DNA from: a bacterium
GTDB taxonomy: Bacteria > Patescibacteriota > Dojkabacteria > JAKAPS01
DNA: 64,000 nucleotides
Direction: 5' to 3'
Assembly: GCA_021806925.1 (NCBI GenBank)
Contig: JAKAPS010000002.1
Location: 1,751-65,750, forward strand
Position numbers and translations under genes: made by a program. The notes under the pieces are model-generated. The model searched no databases. It saw nothing but the letters and a program-made list of their open reading frames with translations, and had not been told where the DNA came from. This document shows positions 51,531 to 61,464 of this stretch, one piece after another (the stretch's first letter is position 1; every line of letters begins with the position of its first letter).

Positions 51531-51992
51531 GTGGCTGAAGAAAATATTAATCGTGGCGATATAAATAAATTAACCAAAAGATTATGGCAGGAAATAGCCA
51601 ATGTCTTTGGTGACGTAAATACTAGTATGGAAAATAGTGGAGTGGATATATTTCATTCTGATGGCAAAAAATGTTCATTTATTTATCCAAATGGAGATAT
51701 AGAAATTGTGGTTGATGAAGGAAATAATTCATTTACGATTTCCCATCGTATTTTCAATAAAGATGGTAGTAAAACAGTAATTATTTGTGTGTCTAATAAT
51801 GAAATTAAATATGAAGAAAGAATTAGTCAACATTCTGTTGAATGTCGTGGCGATGATCAAAGTATCAATTTTACTCGAGAAACTATTACAACATTTTCAG
51901 CTCCAAGAATAATGTGTGATCCACGTGTTGATAACAAAATTAATCAAATTACTCAATATTTTTCCAGTGCTACAATGGTACAGAATGCTTAA
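51531..51992 (+). CDS. Hypothetical protein
   Basis: 153-aa ORF (GTG start) next to the tRNA cluster; no motif recognised. Confidence 0.55.
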   Translation: MAEENINRGDINKLTKRLWQEIANVFGDVNTSMENSGVDIFHSDGKKCSFIYPNGDIEIVVDEGNNSFTISHRIFNKDGSKTVIICVSNNEIKYEERISQHSVECRGDDQSINFTRETITTFSAPRIMCDPRVDNKINQITQYFSSATMVQNA

Positions 51993-52130
51993 AACAGGTT
52001 ATATTCTTGAAATATTGTTTAGTTTTAGAGTGTTCTAGCTTAAGAATACTTATTGGATATATATAGGGTAAAAAGAATACACAAAAATTGAATAAATTTA
52101 GTTGTGTGTTATCATATCTATTGTATATAT

Positions 52131-53072
52131 ATGAATAATAACAGTCTTGAGCATAGATTTGATACAGATGAAATTAATTCATTTTGTAAATATATAACAG
52201 AGGACTTAGGTTATGATGTAATAAAAATTGAGCAACAATGGAGACATATAACTGGTCGTATTATGTCAAAAGATGGTCATTTATATTTCATAAAAATGGC
52301 TACTACACCAGATATAGGTATAAGGACAAGGACTGAATTTGAATGGCAACAAATCAGAGATTCTTTAGGAATACAATTGCCAATAAAAATCCCAAGGATC
52401 ATTGCTGCAGGTATGTATAAAGGTAAACTATATTGGCATATTTCTGAATATATTGATGGTCCTTTATTAGCTGATTCTACGCATCCAGAGTCTGTAGATG
52501 ATTTGATACAGTATTTACCACAAATTGTGCAAACGATAAAAGCAATTTCAGATATAAAAAGCGACAAACAGTTGCCAAGGGATAAGGAATTTGAAGGTAG
52601 CATTGAAGAAGTGTTAATGAAAGAAATTCAAAAGTGGTCGCCTGACATATCAGTTGATATATCTGAATTAGTTGAATTTATGCTTTCAAGAATTAAATAT
52701 GTAAAGAGAGGGGCATGTCATGGTGATTTTGTTCCATGGCATATCATTAAATCAAATACAGATGGAATGCTTTATTTGATAGACAATGAAAGCACTGCAT
52801 TACATCGACTTTTCCTATATGATTTAGCATATATGTATCATAGAATATATACTAAACTTAAGAATCCATATGTAGCAAGGCTATTACTTGATACATATGA
52901 AAAATTATATGGATTTACTAGTGAAGACAGAGAAGGATTTTTGGCAATCCTAGCGTTGCGTGCTATTGGCGGGTATAAGGATTGTAATGCAGATATTGGT
53001 ATAATTGGAGGTGCTGATGAAACTATGCAGTCACATTTTGTTTCTGACTTATTACATGGAAGGATCTTTTAG
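52131..53072 (+). CDS. Aminoglycoside phosphotransferase/choline kinase-like protein
   Basis: YFIK, E, IP.I, SEYIDG, CHGDF.P.H and YLID.E kinase motifs; ATG 52131 preferred over GTG 52104. Confidence 0.8.
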   Translation: MNNNSLEHRFDTDEINSFCKYITEDLGYDVIKIEQQWRHITGRIMSKDGHLYFIKMATTPDIGIRTRTEFEWQQIRDSLGIQLPIKIPRIIAAGMYKGKLYWHISEYIDGPLLADSTHPESVDDLIQYLPQIVQTIKAISDIKSDKQLPRDKEFEGSIEEVLMKEIQKWSPDISVDISELVEFMLSRIKYVKRGACHGDFVPWHIIKSNTDGMLYLIDNESTALHRLFLYDLAYMYHRIYTKLKNPYVARLLLDTYEKLYGFTSEDREGFLAILALRAIGGYKDCNADIGIIGGADETMQSHFVSDLLHGRIF

Positions 53073-53127
53073 ATTATTCTTCTCTTGACTTGAACTAAAA
53101 TCAAATTGATTGGTATAATACATATGT

Positions 53128-53769
53128 ATGACAAGATATACATTTAATAATAAGGTAATGCCTTTGTTTTCCCTGTCACTATTTGTGGCTGGTGTTGGAG
53201 CATATTTGGGTCTGACATTTTTTAGCTATCTTGCTTCTAATCCGCTTGTGATGATTCTGAGCTTTATACTAGTACTCGTATTTGCATTTAGCAGAGGAGC
53301 TTTATCAAGGATGAGCCCATATGTTTCTGGTATGATTGTTTATGCATTCTCATTTCTAAACGGTTTACTTTTGTCTAGTATAATAGGATTCTATATTAAT
53401 TCATCAGGAATGATTATTGTATTTGAAGCCTTTGTAATAACAACTTTCATATTTTTAGTCTTGTATTTTGTTGAAGGTAAAATTAATAAGGATTTAGGTA
53501 ATATGGGTCGTATATTATTAATAACTTTGTTTGCAGTTATTATTGCTTCAATTGTAAATATATTTATAGGAGGAAGTATGTTGTTCCTATTAATAAATAT
53601 TGTATCAGTTGTACTGTTTAGTGGATTTATTTTATATGATATAAATCAAATACTACTAAAATATAGTGATAATGATATTTATCCAGCTGTAATGAGTCTA
53701 TTTCTTGATTTTATAAACTTGTTTATAAGAATACTTGAAATACTTGGACTTTTTAGTAGAAGAAGATAA
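53128..53769 (+). CDS. Bax inhibitor-1/YccA family membrane protein
   Basis: Seven TM segments; LFSGFILYDIN.I and A..LFLDFINLF.RIL. Confidence 0.9.
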   Translation: MTRYTFNNKVMPLFSLSLFVAGVGAYLGLTFFSYLASNPLVMILSFILVLVFAFSRGALSRMSPYVSGMIVYAFSFLNGLLLSSIIGFYINSSGMIIVFEAFVITTFIFLVLYFVEGKINKDLGNMGRILLITLFAVIIASIVNIFIGGSMLFLLINIVSVVLFSGFILYDINQILLKYSDNDIYPAVMSLFLDFINLFIRILEILGLFSRRR

Positions 53770-53789
53770 TTTCAAAAGTATACATAAAA

Positions 53790-54635
53790 ATGAAAATATC
53801 AGGTAAGGAAATATCGGATAGAATTGATGCTGAAACGCTGAAATTAGTTTTATCATATTGTTCAAGCGGAAGGACTCTACCAAAACTAGTTGTAATTGGA
53901 CTTGATATTTCAGAATCAAGTAAAACATTTGTAAAAAAGAAAGGTGAAAAAGCAGAAAACCTTTCAATTCCATTTGAATTTATTGATTTAGATAAAGAAA
54001 CAGGTATTAGTGAGGTCCTAGAATTGATAGATAAATTAAATAATGATAATAGTGTTGGTAGTATAATATTGCAACACCCTAATAGTCTTACAAAACTAGA
54101 AGAAAGAATTGCATTAGATAGGATAAGTTATTTAAAGGACGTCGATTGCCTTTCAAGCACTAGAATTGGTATGTACACGTCTGATACAACTTCAGATACA
54201 TTGTTTCCAGCAACTGCTCTTGCAGTTAGAGATGTTATACTATACAGTAATACGTCTGTTTCGGGTAAAACAATATCAGTATTAGGTAATAGTTTGATAG
54301 TTGGCAGACCTGTAAGTACTATGCTCTCAAAAATGGGGGCTACGGTGATTACATTAAATAGTCATACACTAAACATCAGTCAATATCTTAACATTTCTGA
54401 TATCATCATATCCGCCGTAGGGAAAAAATCATTAATAAACAGCAATGTGCTAAATAAAAGGATTGAGTTATTTATCGATGTAGGTATAAGTTATGAAAAC
54501 AACAAAATATATGGTGATGGTGATAGAGAATTTATTGAGAGAATTGCAGATAAATATACACCAGTTCCAGGTGGTATTGGTCCTATTAATGTTTCACATA
54601 TATTTCTAACTCATGCGAAATTATCAACAAAATAG
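53790..54635 (+). CDS. folD: Methylenetetrahydrofolate dehydrogenase/cyclohydrolase
   Basis: ISGK, LN.D..V..IILQ.P, KDVD, PAT, G.S.IVG.P, IDVG, GD, TPVPGG.GP. Confidence 0.92.
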   Translation: MKISGKEISDRIDAETLKLVLSYCSSGRTLPKLVVIGLDISESSKTFVKKKGEKAENLSIPFEFIDLDKETGISEVLELIDKLNNDNSVGSIILQHPNSLTKLEERIALDRISYLKDVDCLSSTRIGMYTSDTTSDTLFPATALAVRDVILYSNTSVSGKTISVLGNSLIVGRPVSTMLSKMGATVITLNSHTLNISQYLNISDIIISAVGKKSLINSNVLNKRIELFIDVGISYENNKIYGDGDREFIERIADKYTPVPGGIGPINVSHIFLTHAKLSTK

Positions 54636-55311
54636 GTCTAAGCATCTGTTGCGTTATGCTATATATACACTATCATTTCTCGTTCTTTTATTGTTAATAT
54701 ATTTCCTATATAGCTTATTTAGAATAAAAAGTGTTGTTGTTGTAAATACGTCTAATATCCAGGCTTCAGATATATCTACAATTAAAACTGAATATGGTAA
54801 GGGTATTGTAGGAAAAGAAATATTTCTGTTTTCAAATAGTTCAGTTGAGTATAAAAACTTAATTTTAATTCAATTTGTAAAAGAATATCCTAACACAATC
54901 AAAATATATGTGAGCATATTACCTGGATATATTGCTATTCAAACAACAAAAGATACAACTCTAGTTACTGTAAGTGGAGGTATATTAGGAACTACATCTA
55001 ATAACTCTAAGAGTAATGCGAACTATATTTATGTTGTATCAGATGTAAATATTGATTCAATTAATATTGATAATTTAATTACAATGGTTAGTGCAATAGA
55101 GAAGATTCCACATTTTACTCCATATGAATTTCATTTAGAAAAGGATAAATTAGTTGTGACATTCTTTAATCATACAAGTGCAGTCTTTAGCTTAACTGAA
55201 AATATATCAACTCAAGTATCAAAAATGGAAGAAACGTATAAATATATTACTATATCAAAATGTTCTATAATAGATTTAAGGTTCTTAAATGTATATTGTA
55301 AAGCTAGTTAA
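54613..55311 (+). CDS. FtsQ/DivIB-like cell division protein
   Basis: N-terminal TM helix, F.IK.V.V, K.YPNT..I and C-terminal IDLRF; lies directly before ftsA. Confidence 0.7.
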   Translation: MRNYQQNRSKHLLRYAIYTLSFLVLLLLIYFLYSLFRIKSVVVVNTSNIQASDISTIKTEYGKGIVGKEIFLFSNSSVEYKNLILIQFVKEYPNTIKIYVSILPGYIAIQTTKDTTLVTVSGGILGTTSNNSKSNANYIYVVSDVNIDSINIDNLITMVSAIEKIPHFTPYEFHLEKDKLVVTFFNHTSAVFSLTENISTQVSKMEETYKYITISKCSIIDLRFLNVYCKAS

Positions 55312-55361
55312 ATACATATATACTGATGAGAGTAATATATATATTTTGAAATGTATTATTT

Positions 55362-56636
55362 ATGGCAAAGAAACAATTATGTGCTATCGATATAGGCTCT
55401 AATAAAATATGTGCTGTAATTGCAAATATTGAAGATATTTCTAAAATAACAGTCATGGGTGCTGCAACCCAAGCTTCAAGCGGAATTAAGAAAGGTGTTG
55501 TTGTAGATATTGATGAGGCTTCAGAATCAATAAGTAGTTGTTTAAAATCTGCAGAAAGAATGGCTGGAACAACTGTAAGTAGAGCAATAATATCTATATC
55601 AGGGAGTCACATATCGAGTGTTAATTACAAAGGAATAATTGGAATATCTAGAGATGAAATAACTAGTGAGGATATTGCAAGAGCTACTGATAGTGCAAAA
55701 TCTGTTGCTGTTCCATTAAATAAGGATATATTACAGACATTTCCTAGAGAATTTATTATTGATTCACAAGGAGGAATAAAGGATCCAATTGGAATGAGCG
55801 GTATGAGGCTTGAGGTTGATACGCATATAATTTCGGGGAGTAGTTCGACCATAAAGAATATAGAGAAATGCTTAGATGAGGTTAGTGTAAAGGTGGATGA
55901 AATATTCTTTGCTGGATGGGCTGGAAGTGAAGTATGCGTAAATTCTACAGAAAGAGAATTAGGCGCATTATACCTAGATATAGGTGGCGGTACTACTGAT
56001 ATCTGCATATATCAAGATGATTCAATATATTTCTCTGCATCTGTTGATTTTGGAGGAAATAATATTACGTCTGATTTAGCAATTGGGTTAAGAATATCAA
56101 TAGCTGATGCAGAGAGGGTAAAATGTGATGTTATGCAACTTATAAAAAATGCACAAGTAAGAAAATTAAAAAATAGTCAGGATGAGAATAATCCTGAATA
56201 TAATAATTCTGATGAATTAATATTTGATTTATCAGATCTAGGAATAAATGGGACAACTACAAAAGAATTTTTTGACGAGATTGTCGATGCTAGAATAGAA
56301 GAGATTATAGAGAGTATAAAAAAAATAATAATAGATGCCGATATTGAATTTAAATTTCCTGCAGGAGTTATATTATCAGGTGGTTCATCAAAGCTTGCTG
56401 GCATTGCTGAATATGTTGGAAAATACATAGATGCACCGATAAGAGTTGCAACACCTCCTATGTTGTATGGTTTATCTGACGAAATTAATTCTCCAAATTT
56501 CTCAGCAGTTAATGGTATGATTTCATATTATGCAAAGAGAGGCGGAATAAGTAGTAAGGAATCAACAAAAAGAGGCGGTACTTCAAATAACTTCATAAAT
56601 AAGCTAAAATCACTGCTAGGAAATATTACTACATAA
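55362..56636 (+). CDS. ftsA: Cell division protein FtsA
   Basis: AIDIGS.KI, G.KKG.VVDI, AERMAG, DIGGGTTD, GG..IT.D, LSGG.S.L.G. Confidence 0.96.
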   Translation: MAKKQLCAIDIGSNKICAVIANIEDISKITVMGAATQASSGIKKGVVVDIDEASESISSCLKSAERMAGTTVSRAIISISGSHISSVNYKGIIGISRDEITSEDIARATDSAKSVAVPLNKDILQTFPREFIIDSQGGIKDPIGMSGMRLEVDTHIISGSSSTIKNIEKCLDEVSVKVDEIFFAGWAGSEVCVNSTERELGALYLDIGGGTTDICIYQDDSIYFSASVDFGGNNITSDLAIGLRISIADAERVKCDVMQLIKNAQVRKLKNSQDENNPEYNNSDELIFDLSDLGINGTTTKEFFDEIVDARIEEIIESIKKIIIDADIEFKFPAGVILSGGSSKLAGIAEYVGKYIDAPIRVATPPMLYGLSDEINSPNFSAVNGMISYYAKRGGISSKESTKRGGTSNNFINKLKSLLGNITT

Positions 56637-56651
56637 AATATAAAATAAAAA

Positions 56652-57869
56652 ATGTTGATACAATTAAAAACCGATAACAATCCAGTTGCAGTTATTAAAG
56701 TAGTTGGTGTTGGTGGTGGCGGATGTAATGCTGTAAACACCATGATTAGAGACCATAACATAACTGGAGTTGAATTTATTGCAGTTAATACTGACAAACA
56801 AGCACTTGACAGGTCACTTGCTGAGAAGAAAATTCAGATTGGTTCTGAACTTACAAAGGGGTTAGGTTCTGGTGGTATTGATAAAATTGGAAAATTAAGT
56901 GCAGAAGAGAGTGTAGATTTGATACATGATGCTCTTATAGGAGCAGATATGGTATTTGTAACATGTGGTATGGGTGGAGGAACTGGTACTGGTGCAGCAC
57001 CAGTTATTGCAGGAATAGCAAAGAATTTAGGTGCTTTAACTGTAGGTGTTGTAACAAAACCTTTTCAGTTTGAAGGAAAAAGAAGATTAGCTACTGCACT
57101 TGAGGGAATTGATGAATTAAAGCAAAAAGTTGATACTATGATAGTAGTTCCAAATCAGAGGATTCTTGAAATTATTGACAGAAAGGTTTCATTCCTTGAT
57201 GCAATGAAGCAGGTTGATAATGTATTAGGAAATGGAGTAAAAAGTATATCTGATTTGATAACAAAAACAGGAATGATTAATGTTGATTTTGCAGATGTTA
57301 AAAGTGTTATGAGCGAAGCAGGAAGCGCATTGATGGGTATTGGTAGTGCAACTGGAGAAGATAGAGCAGTAGTAGCTACAAAGGCTGCTATTAATTCACC
57401 TCTGCTTGAATTATCAATAACAGGTGCAACAGGTGTATTGTTTTCTGTAGTTGGAGGAAATGATTTATCAATGATGGAAATTGATGATGCTGCTAATATT
57501 ATTTCTGAACAAGTATCCCCTACTGCAAACATTATTTTTGGATCTAATGTTGATGAAGCAATAACAGATGGAAGTGTTTCTATAACTATCATTGCAACTG
57601 GATTTAATTCTACGAGAGAAGTTATTAAAGAGAAACAAAAATCATTTACAACAAGTCAATCATCAAATGAATACGATGCTGCCAAAAAGAGTGATGATGA
57701 ACTTGGTGATGTAACTCAAATTCTTTCTTCTCAATCAAAAATTGATACTCCTTCATCTCAAAGAAAGAGTGATACGAATGATGAGCATTTTAATGATAAT
57801 AAAAACCCATTACTTGTAGATGGATTAGATGTTCCAGCATTCTTAAGAAAGAAAGTAAATAAGAATTGA
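56652..57869 (+). CDS. ftsZ: Cell division protein FtsZ
   Basis: [36 protein letters not shown]-terminal DVPAFLRK. Confidence 0.99.
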   Translation: MLIQLKTDNNPVAVIKVVGVGGGGCNAVNTMIRDHNITGVEFIAVNTDKQALDRSLAEKKIQIGSELTKGLGSGGIDKIGKLSAEESVDLIHDALIGADMVFVTCGMGGGTGTGAAPVIAGIAKNLGALTVGVVTKPFQFEGKRRLATALEGIDELKQKVDTMIVVPNQRILEIIDRKVSFLDAMKQVDNVLGNGVKSISDLITKTGMINVDFADVKSVMSEAGSALMGIGSATGEDRAVVATKAAINSPLLELSITGATGVLFSVVGGNDLSMMEIDDAANIISEQVSPTANIIFGSNVDEAITDGSVSITIIATGFNSTREVIKEKQKSFTTSQSSNEYDAAKKSDDELGDVTQILSSQSKIDTPSSQRKSDTNDEHFNDNKNPLLVDGLDVPAFLRKKVNKN

Positions 57870-58598
57870 TTGTATAAATTGAATAGGAAAAGAATAATTT
57901 CCATTGGAATTGAATTATCTCTTACTAATTTTAATACAAGTTCTTTTAATGTAGCTGAGAAGATAAGGCAACATTTTCTATCATCAAAATTGAGAAATGT
58001 AAAATATGGATTTATTGATAATTCAATAAATTTATTTTTACAAAATAAAAAGCTAAATATTGATGATTTTAAATCAATTTACGGATTTTCAAATAAATAT
58101 ATTGTTATATACAACTCGTTTACAACGTATGTTGAATCAAATCTTTTAATTGATGGAATTGTATACTCAGCTCTTTACTATTTCTTTTCAATGTATTCAA
58201 GTAAAAATTTTGATGAATTAGAGAAATTTATCCTATTATTAACATTAGTAAATATATTTGCATATTACTCTATATATATGAACCTTAACTATATTACTGC
58301 TATAAATGATGTATTAAGTATTCCATACATTAATATTGATAGCAAAATACTCAGATTTCTGGAAAAAGTAGTTCCTGAGAGGTTTGATTTTCCTTTTATA
58401 TGTAGAGCAAATAATATATTTGAATACTTAAGTGAAGGAAATGAAACAATATCTGTAAAGCAAGCAGTTGAGATTAATAAATGTTCAAGAGTAACTGCAT
58501 ATAGGGATTTAAATAGGCTTGTTATGAATTTTAGGCTAATAAAAAGCGGTCAGTACAAATCATCAAAATACTTATTGAATGATAAGAATATAGTCTAG
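57870..58598 (+). CDS. Hypothetical protein with C-terminal winged HTH (possibly a degenerate Fic-fold protein)
   Basis: TTG start abutting the ftsZ stop; C-terminal ISVKQ.....CSRVTAYRDL..LV....L.K.G..KSS.Y. Confidence 0.6.
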   Translation: MYKLNRKRIISIGIELSLTNFNTSSFNVAEKIRQHFLSSKLRNVKYGFIDNSINLFLQNKKLNIDDFKSIYGFSNKYIVIYNSFTTYVESNLLIDGIVYSALYYFFSMYSSKNFDELEKFILLLTLVNIFAYYSIYMNLNYITAINDVLSIPYINIDSKILRFLEKVVPERFDFPFICRANNIFEYLSEGNETISVKQAVEINKCSRVTAYRDLNRLVMNFRLIKSGQYKSSKYLLNDKNIV

Positions 58599-58604
58599 TT
58601 GCAG

Positions 58605-59453
58605 TTAACTATTAAACAGTTTGTTATAGTCACTCCCATAAACGTTGTTGTAATATTCCCAGAATTTACCTTGTTCTTGAGCACATTCCCCCCCTATTGC
58701 AGCACTTAAGGCGTAAGGGTGAATTGAGGTTAAAGGAAAATCGCTAAATGCAAACTGAATCTTTCCGTTATTTACATAACTGTCCATGATACTCGGAATG
58801 ACTTGTTGATAAAGTTGTTCACAGTAAGGACATTCAAAATCACCATACTCGACAAATGCAACTTTGGAGTTTGAGTTTCCAGTTACTCTACTTGGTAAAG
58901 TTACAGTTAGATCTGTAGTTGACACATACTGATTGGAGTATCCATTAGTTGAACCATATTTCACATAATTATCAATTAAAGGAGTAAATACAGTTAATGG
59001 CACTGCACCTGTTACAATTCTTCCAGTTACAGTATTATTCTTACTGTTTATCATTCCTATCAACACTGTAGGTGTGCCACTGACTCCCAAATTATTTCCT
59101 GCAGTTATTTCAGCTTGAATTTCTGAATTATATGTATTCTTATCATAGCATGTTTTAAATTTACTTTCATTCATTCCGAGTGAACCTGCTAGTGAAACGA
59201 TGTTTGATTCAAATTGACTTAGGTTAACAGTTGAACTTGTCGTACTTGCTCCTGAACTTGAACTATTACTGCCACTTTGTATATTAGTTAATAACTTACC
59301 ATTAAATACTATTGCACCTGCAATCATAAGTCCAGCTGTAAGTATACTAAGAGAAATCACAATCGTACTGTTAAGGTTCTTTATTGTAAATGACCTTGTT
59401 CTCTTTTGTGTTATATCTTCTATTGTATCTTTTTCTTCATTATCAGAATCCAT
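58605..59453 (-). CDS. DsbA/BdbD-family thiol-disulfide oxidoreductase, circularly permuted
   Basis: TM anchor; GVSGTPT (59067-78) and GAVP precede EYGDFECPYC (58821-32) and DFPL..IHP. Confidence 0.88.
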   Translation of the reverse strand: MDSDNEEKDTIEDITQKRTRSFTIKNLNSTIVISLSILTAGLMIAGAIVFNGKLLTNIQSGSNSSSSGASTTSSTVNLSQFESNIVSLAGSLGMNESKFKTCYDKNTYNSEIQAEITAGNNLGVSGTPTVLIGMINSKNNTVTGRIVTGAVPLTVFTPLIDNYVKYGSTNGYSNQYVSTTDLTVTLPSRVTGNSNSKVAFVEYGDFECPYCEQLYQQVIPSIMDSYVNNGKIQFAFSDFPLTSIHPYALSAAIGGECAQEQGKFWEYYNNVYGSDYNKLFNS

Positions 59454-59520
59454 TGCAATTAAAAGTATATATACTTTCTACAGATATGTCTACCAAAAAA
59501 TATTAATTAGTAGGTTGTTC

Positions 59521-59772
59521 TTAACAAATGATATCAATTTCACTACAAATTTTATTAATTCTTTCTATAATCTCTAATTGATCTCCTTTAGGATGGTATA
59601 CTGATAATAAATCACGCCTTATTATTTGTCCATATAATTGAGTTCCATTTCTGCCCATTGTTAAAAGCCAAGAAAATCCACCATTTTTTAATTCATCAAT
59701 TTTTGCATCTATAAAATTAATAAGACCTTTATTAGGGTATGTTACATTAAATTTATAGGATATATTATACAA
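59521..59772 (-). CDS. Hypothetical protein
   Basis: 83-aa ORF with no motif; start uncertain. Confidence 0.4.
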   Translation of the reverse strand: MYNISYKFNVTYPNKGLINFIDAKIDELKNGGFSWLLTMGRNGTQLYGQIIRRDLLSVYHPKGDQLEIIERINKICSEIDIIC

Positions 59773-59806
59773 TATATTTAAACTATATCCTGACTCTACA
59801 ATTTTT

Positions 59807-60175
59807 TCAATTAATGTTTTTATCTTTTCTTCTGTCAGGTGCTATTCTAACAAATTCATTATTATTACTATCGTCATGATATGCAGAAATAAATAATTTA
59901 CCGAAATTACTATTATATGAATTGCTATAATCTATTGGGTTTTTAGAACTATTCACATTTAGTTGTTGTAGACCCATTGCATTAAAAAATTCTTTTATTC
60001 TTTCATCATATGGTAGAAGAATGGCATAATTAATTCTTGGATGTTTCATTAAAAGTTCAAAAAAGCTATTAGTAATAGTTTGAATTGTATCTTCACCTGT
60101 ATGTTCGGTTGCATCACCTTGTCTACTCATATAGGAAATACTATACTCTTTATTTAAAATATTATAAATACACAT
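59807..60175 (-). CDS. Hypothetical protein
   Basis: ORF with no motif; the real start is probably ATG 60130 (MSRQGD). Confidence 0.45.
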   Translation of the reverse strand: MCIYNILNKEYSISYMSRQGDATEHTGEDTIQTITNSFFELLMKHPRINYAILLPYDERIKEFFNAMGLQQLNVNSSKNPIDYSNSYNSNFGKLFISAYHDDSNNNEFVRIAPDRRKDKNIN

Positions 60176-60277
60176 TTATGTAATATATTAGGAAATAAGA
60201 TATAGAATAAAAATCTATGTTATAAACATATTTTGTGAATTATTTATAACTATGGTATATAATTATTTAGTAATCTT

Positions 60278-61381
60278 ATGGAGAGTTTTATAAATATAAA
60301 AGAATATATACTTACAATGAATCTATCTGAAAGTAATTCATGTGTGATGTCAAAACAAGGTAATGTATATTATGAGAAAAATTTACAATTAGATGATCTA
60401 AAGGAAGATGAGGTTAAAGTAAGACCAATTGCTGTTGGCGTATGTGGTACAGATATAAAAATACTTAATAAGTTGAAACCTTGTGTTGATGGAGCTATAG
60501 GCCATGAAGCAACAGCAATTGTTGTTTCTTCTGGAGATAATGCAAAGGAATTTAAAAGAGGTGATTTTGTAGCTATTAGCCCGCATATACATGAGGAAAT
60601 TAACGGTAAATTATATAATGGTAACATTGGATTCTCTGAGGGAAAAGGTGTTTTAACCATGGAGCAGAACCTGCATAAATCAAGAATTATTAAGATTGAT
60701 GAGAAATTTGAAGAACTAAATTATGCAGTAGGATTAACTCAATCAGATGGGCTTGCTTGTTGTATAAGATCACAAAAGGCTATTGACTTTTCTAATGTTA
60801 AAAATGCAATTATTTTAGGTGCTGGTAGCATGGGAATGTTCCACTCACTTCTGTTAAAGTCAAAAAACATTGAAGTAACAATTGCAGATATAAATCAAAC
60901 TGCATTAGATTTTGCAATGTATCATGATGTTAGTAACAAATATGTATTATCTAATGAATTATATACATTGAATAATATATACGATCTAGTAATTGTCTGT
61001 AATGGTGACCCAGCATCATATAGCCAAGCATTTGATATAGTTAGGAATAACGGTGAAGTAAATATGTACGCTAGTATGTTTAACAAACAGAGAAGTATAA
61101 CTATAGGTAATAGAGAACTTGATATTATGAAATATCATCTTGAGGAGCATTTACCTGAGGTTGTTGAACTTGGAAATAACAAATCAATAAGAGTATCTGG
61201 AGCACTTGGATATGAATCGGATGAATTTTCTGAGGCAATAAATAAGATACTAACAAAGGAAATTGATCCTACTAAATTTATTACAAGTAAATTTAATCTT
61301 TCAAGTTCAGTAATTGACGAGATTTTATCAAGCTATGAAAAGGGAGGAAAGATTATGATTTATCCATACATGATATTCTAA
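60278..61381 (+). CDS. Zinc-dependent MDR-family alcohol/polyol dehydrogenase
   Basis: GVCGTD, GHE, GD.V and ILGAGSMG motifs; no four-Cys structural zinc lobe. Confidence 0.85.
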   Translation: MESFINIKEYILTMNLSESNSCVMSKQGNVYYEKNLQLDDLKEDEVKVRPIAVGVCGTDIKILNKLKPCVDGAIGHEATAIVVSSGDNAKEFKRGDFVAISPHIHEEINGKLYNGNIGFSEGKGVLTMEQNLHKSRIIKIDEKFEELNYAVGLTQSDGLACCIRSQKAIDFSNVKNAIILGAGSMGMFHSLLLKSKNIEVTIADINQTALDFAMYHDVSNKYVLSNELYTLNNIYDLVIVCNGDPASYSQAFDIVRNNGEVNMYASMFNKQRSITIGNRELDIMKYHLEEHLPEVVELGNNKSIRVSGALGYESDEFSEAINKILTKEIDPTKFITSKFNLSSSVIDEILSSYEKGGKIMIYPYMIF

Positions 61382-61464
61382 ATCTTACAAAGTAAGGTAC
61401 GCATTAGTATGAATCCTATAAATGTGTATATGTAATTATCTATTTGTTTGATTCTCTTTGATAG

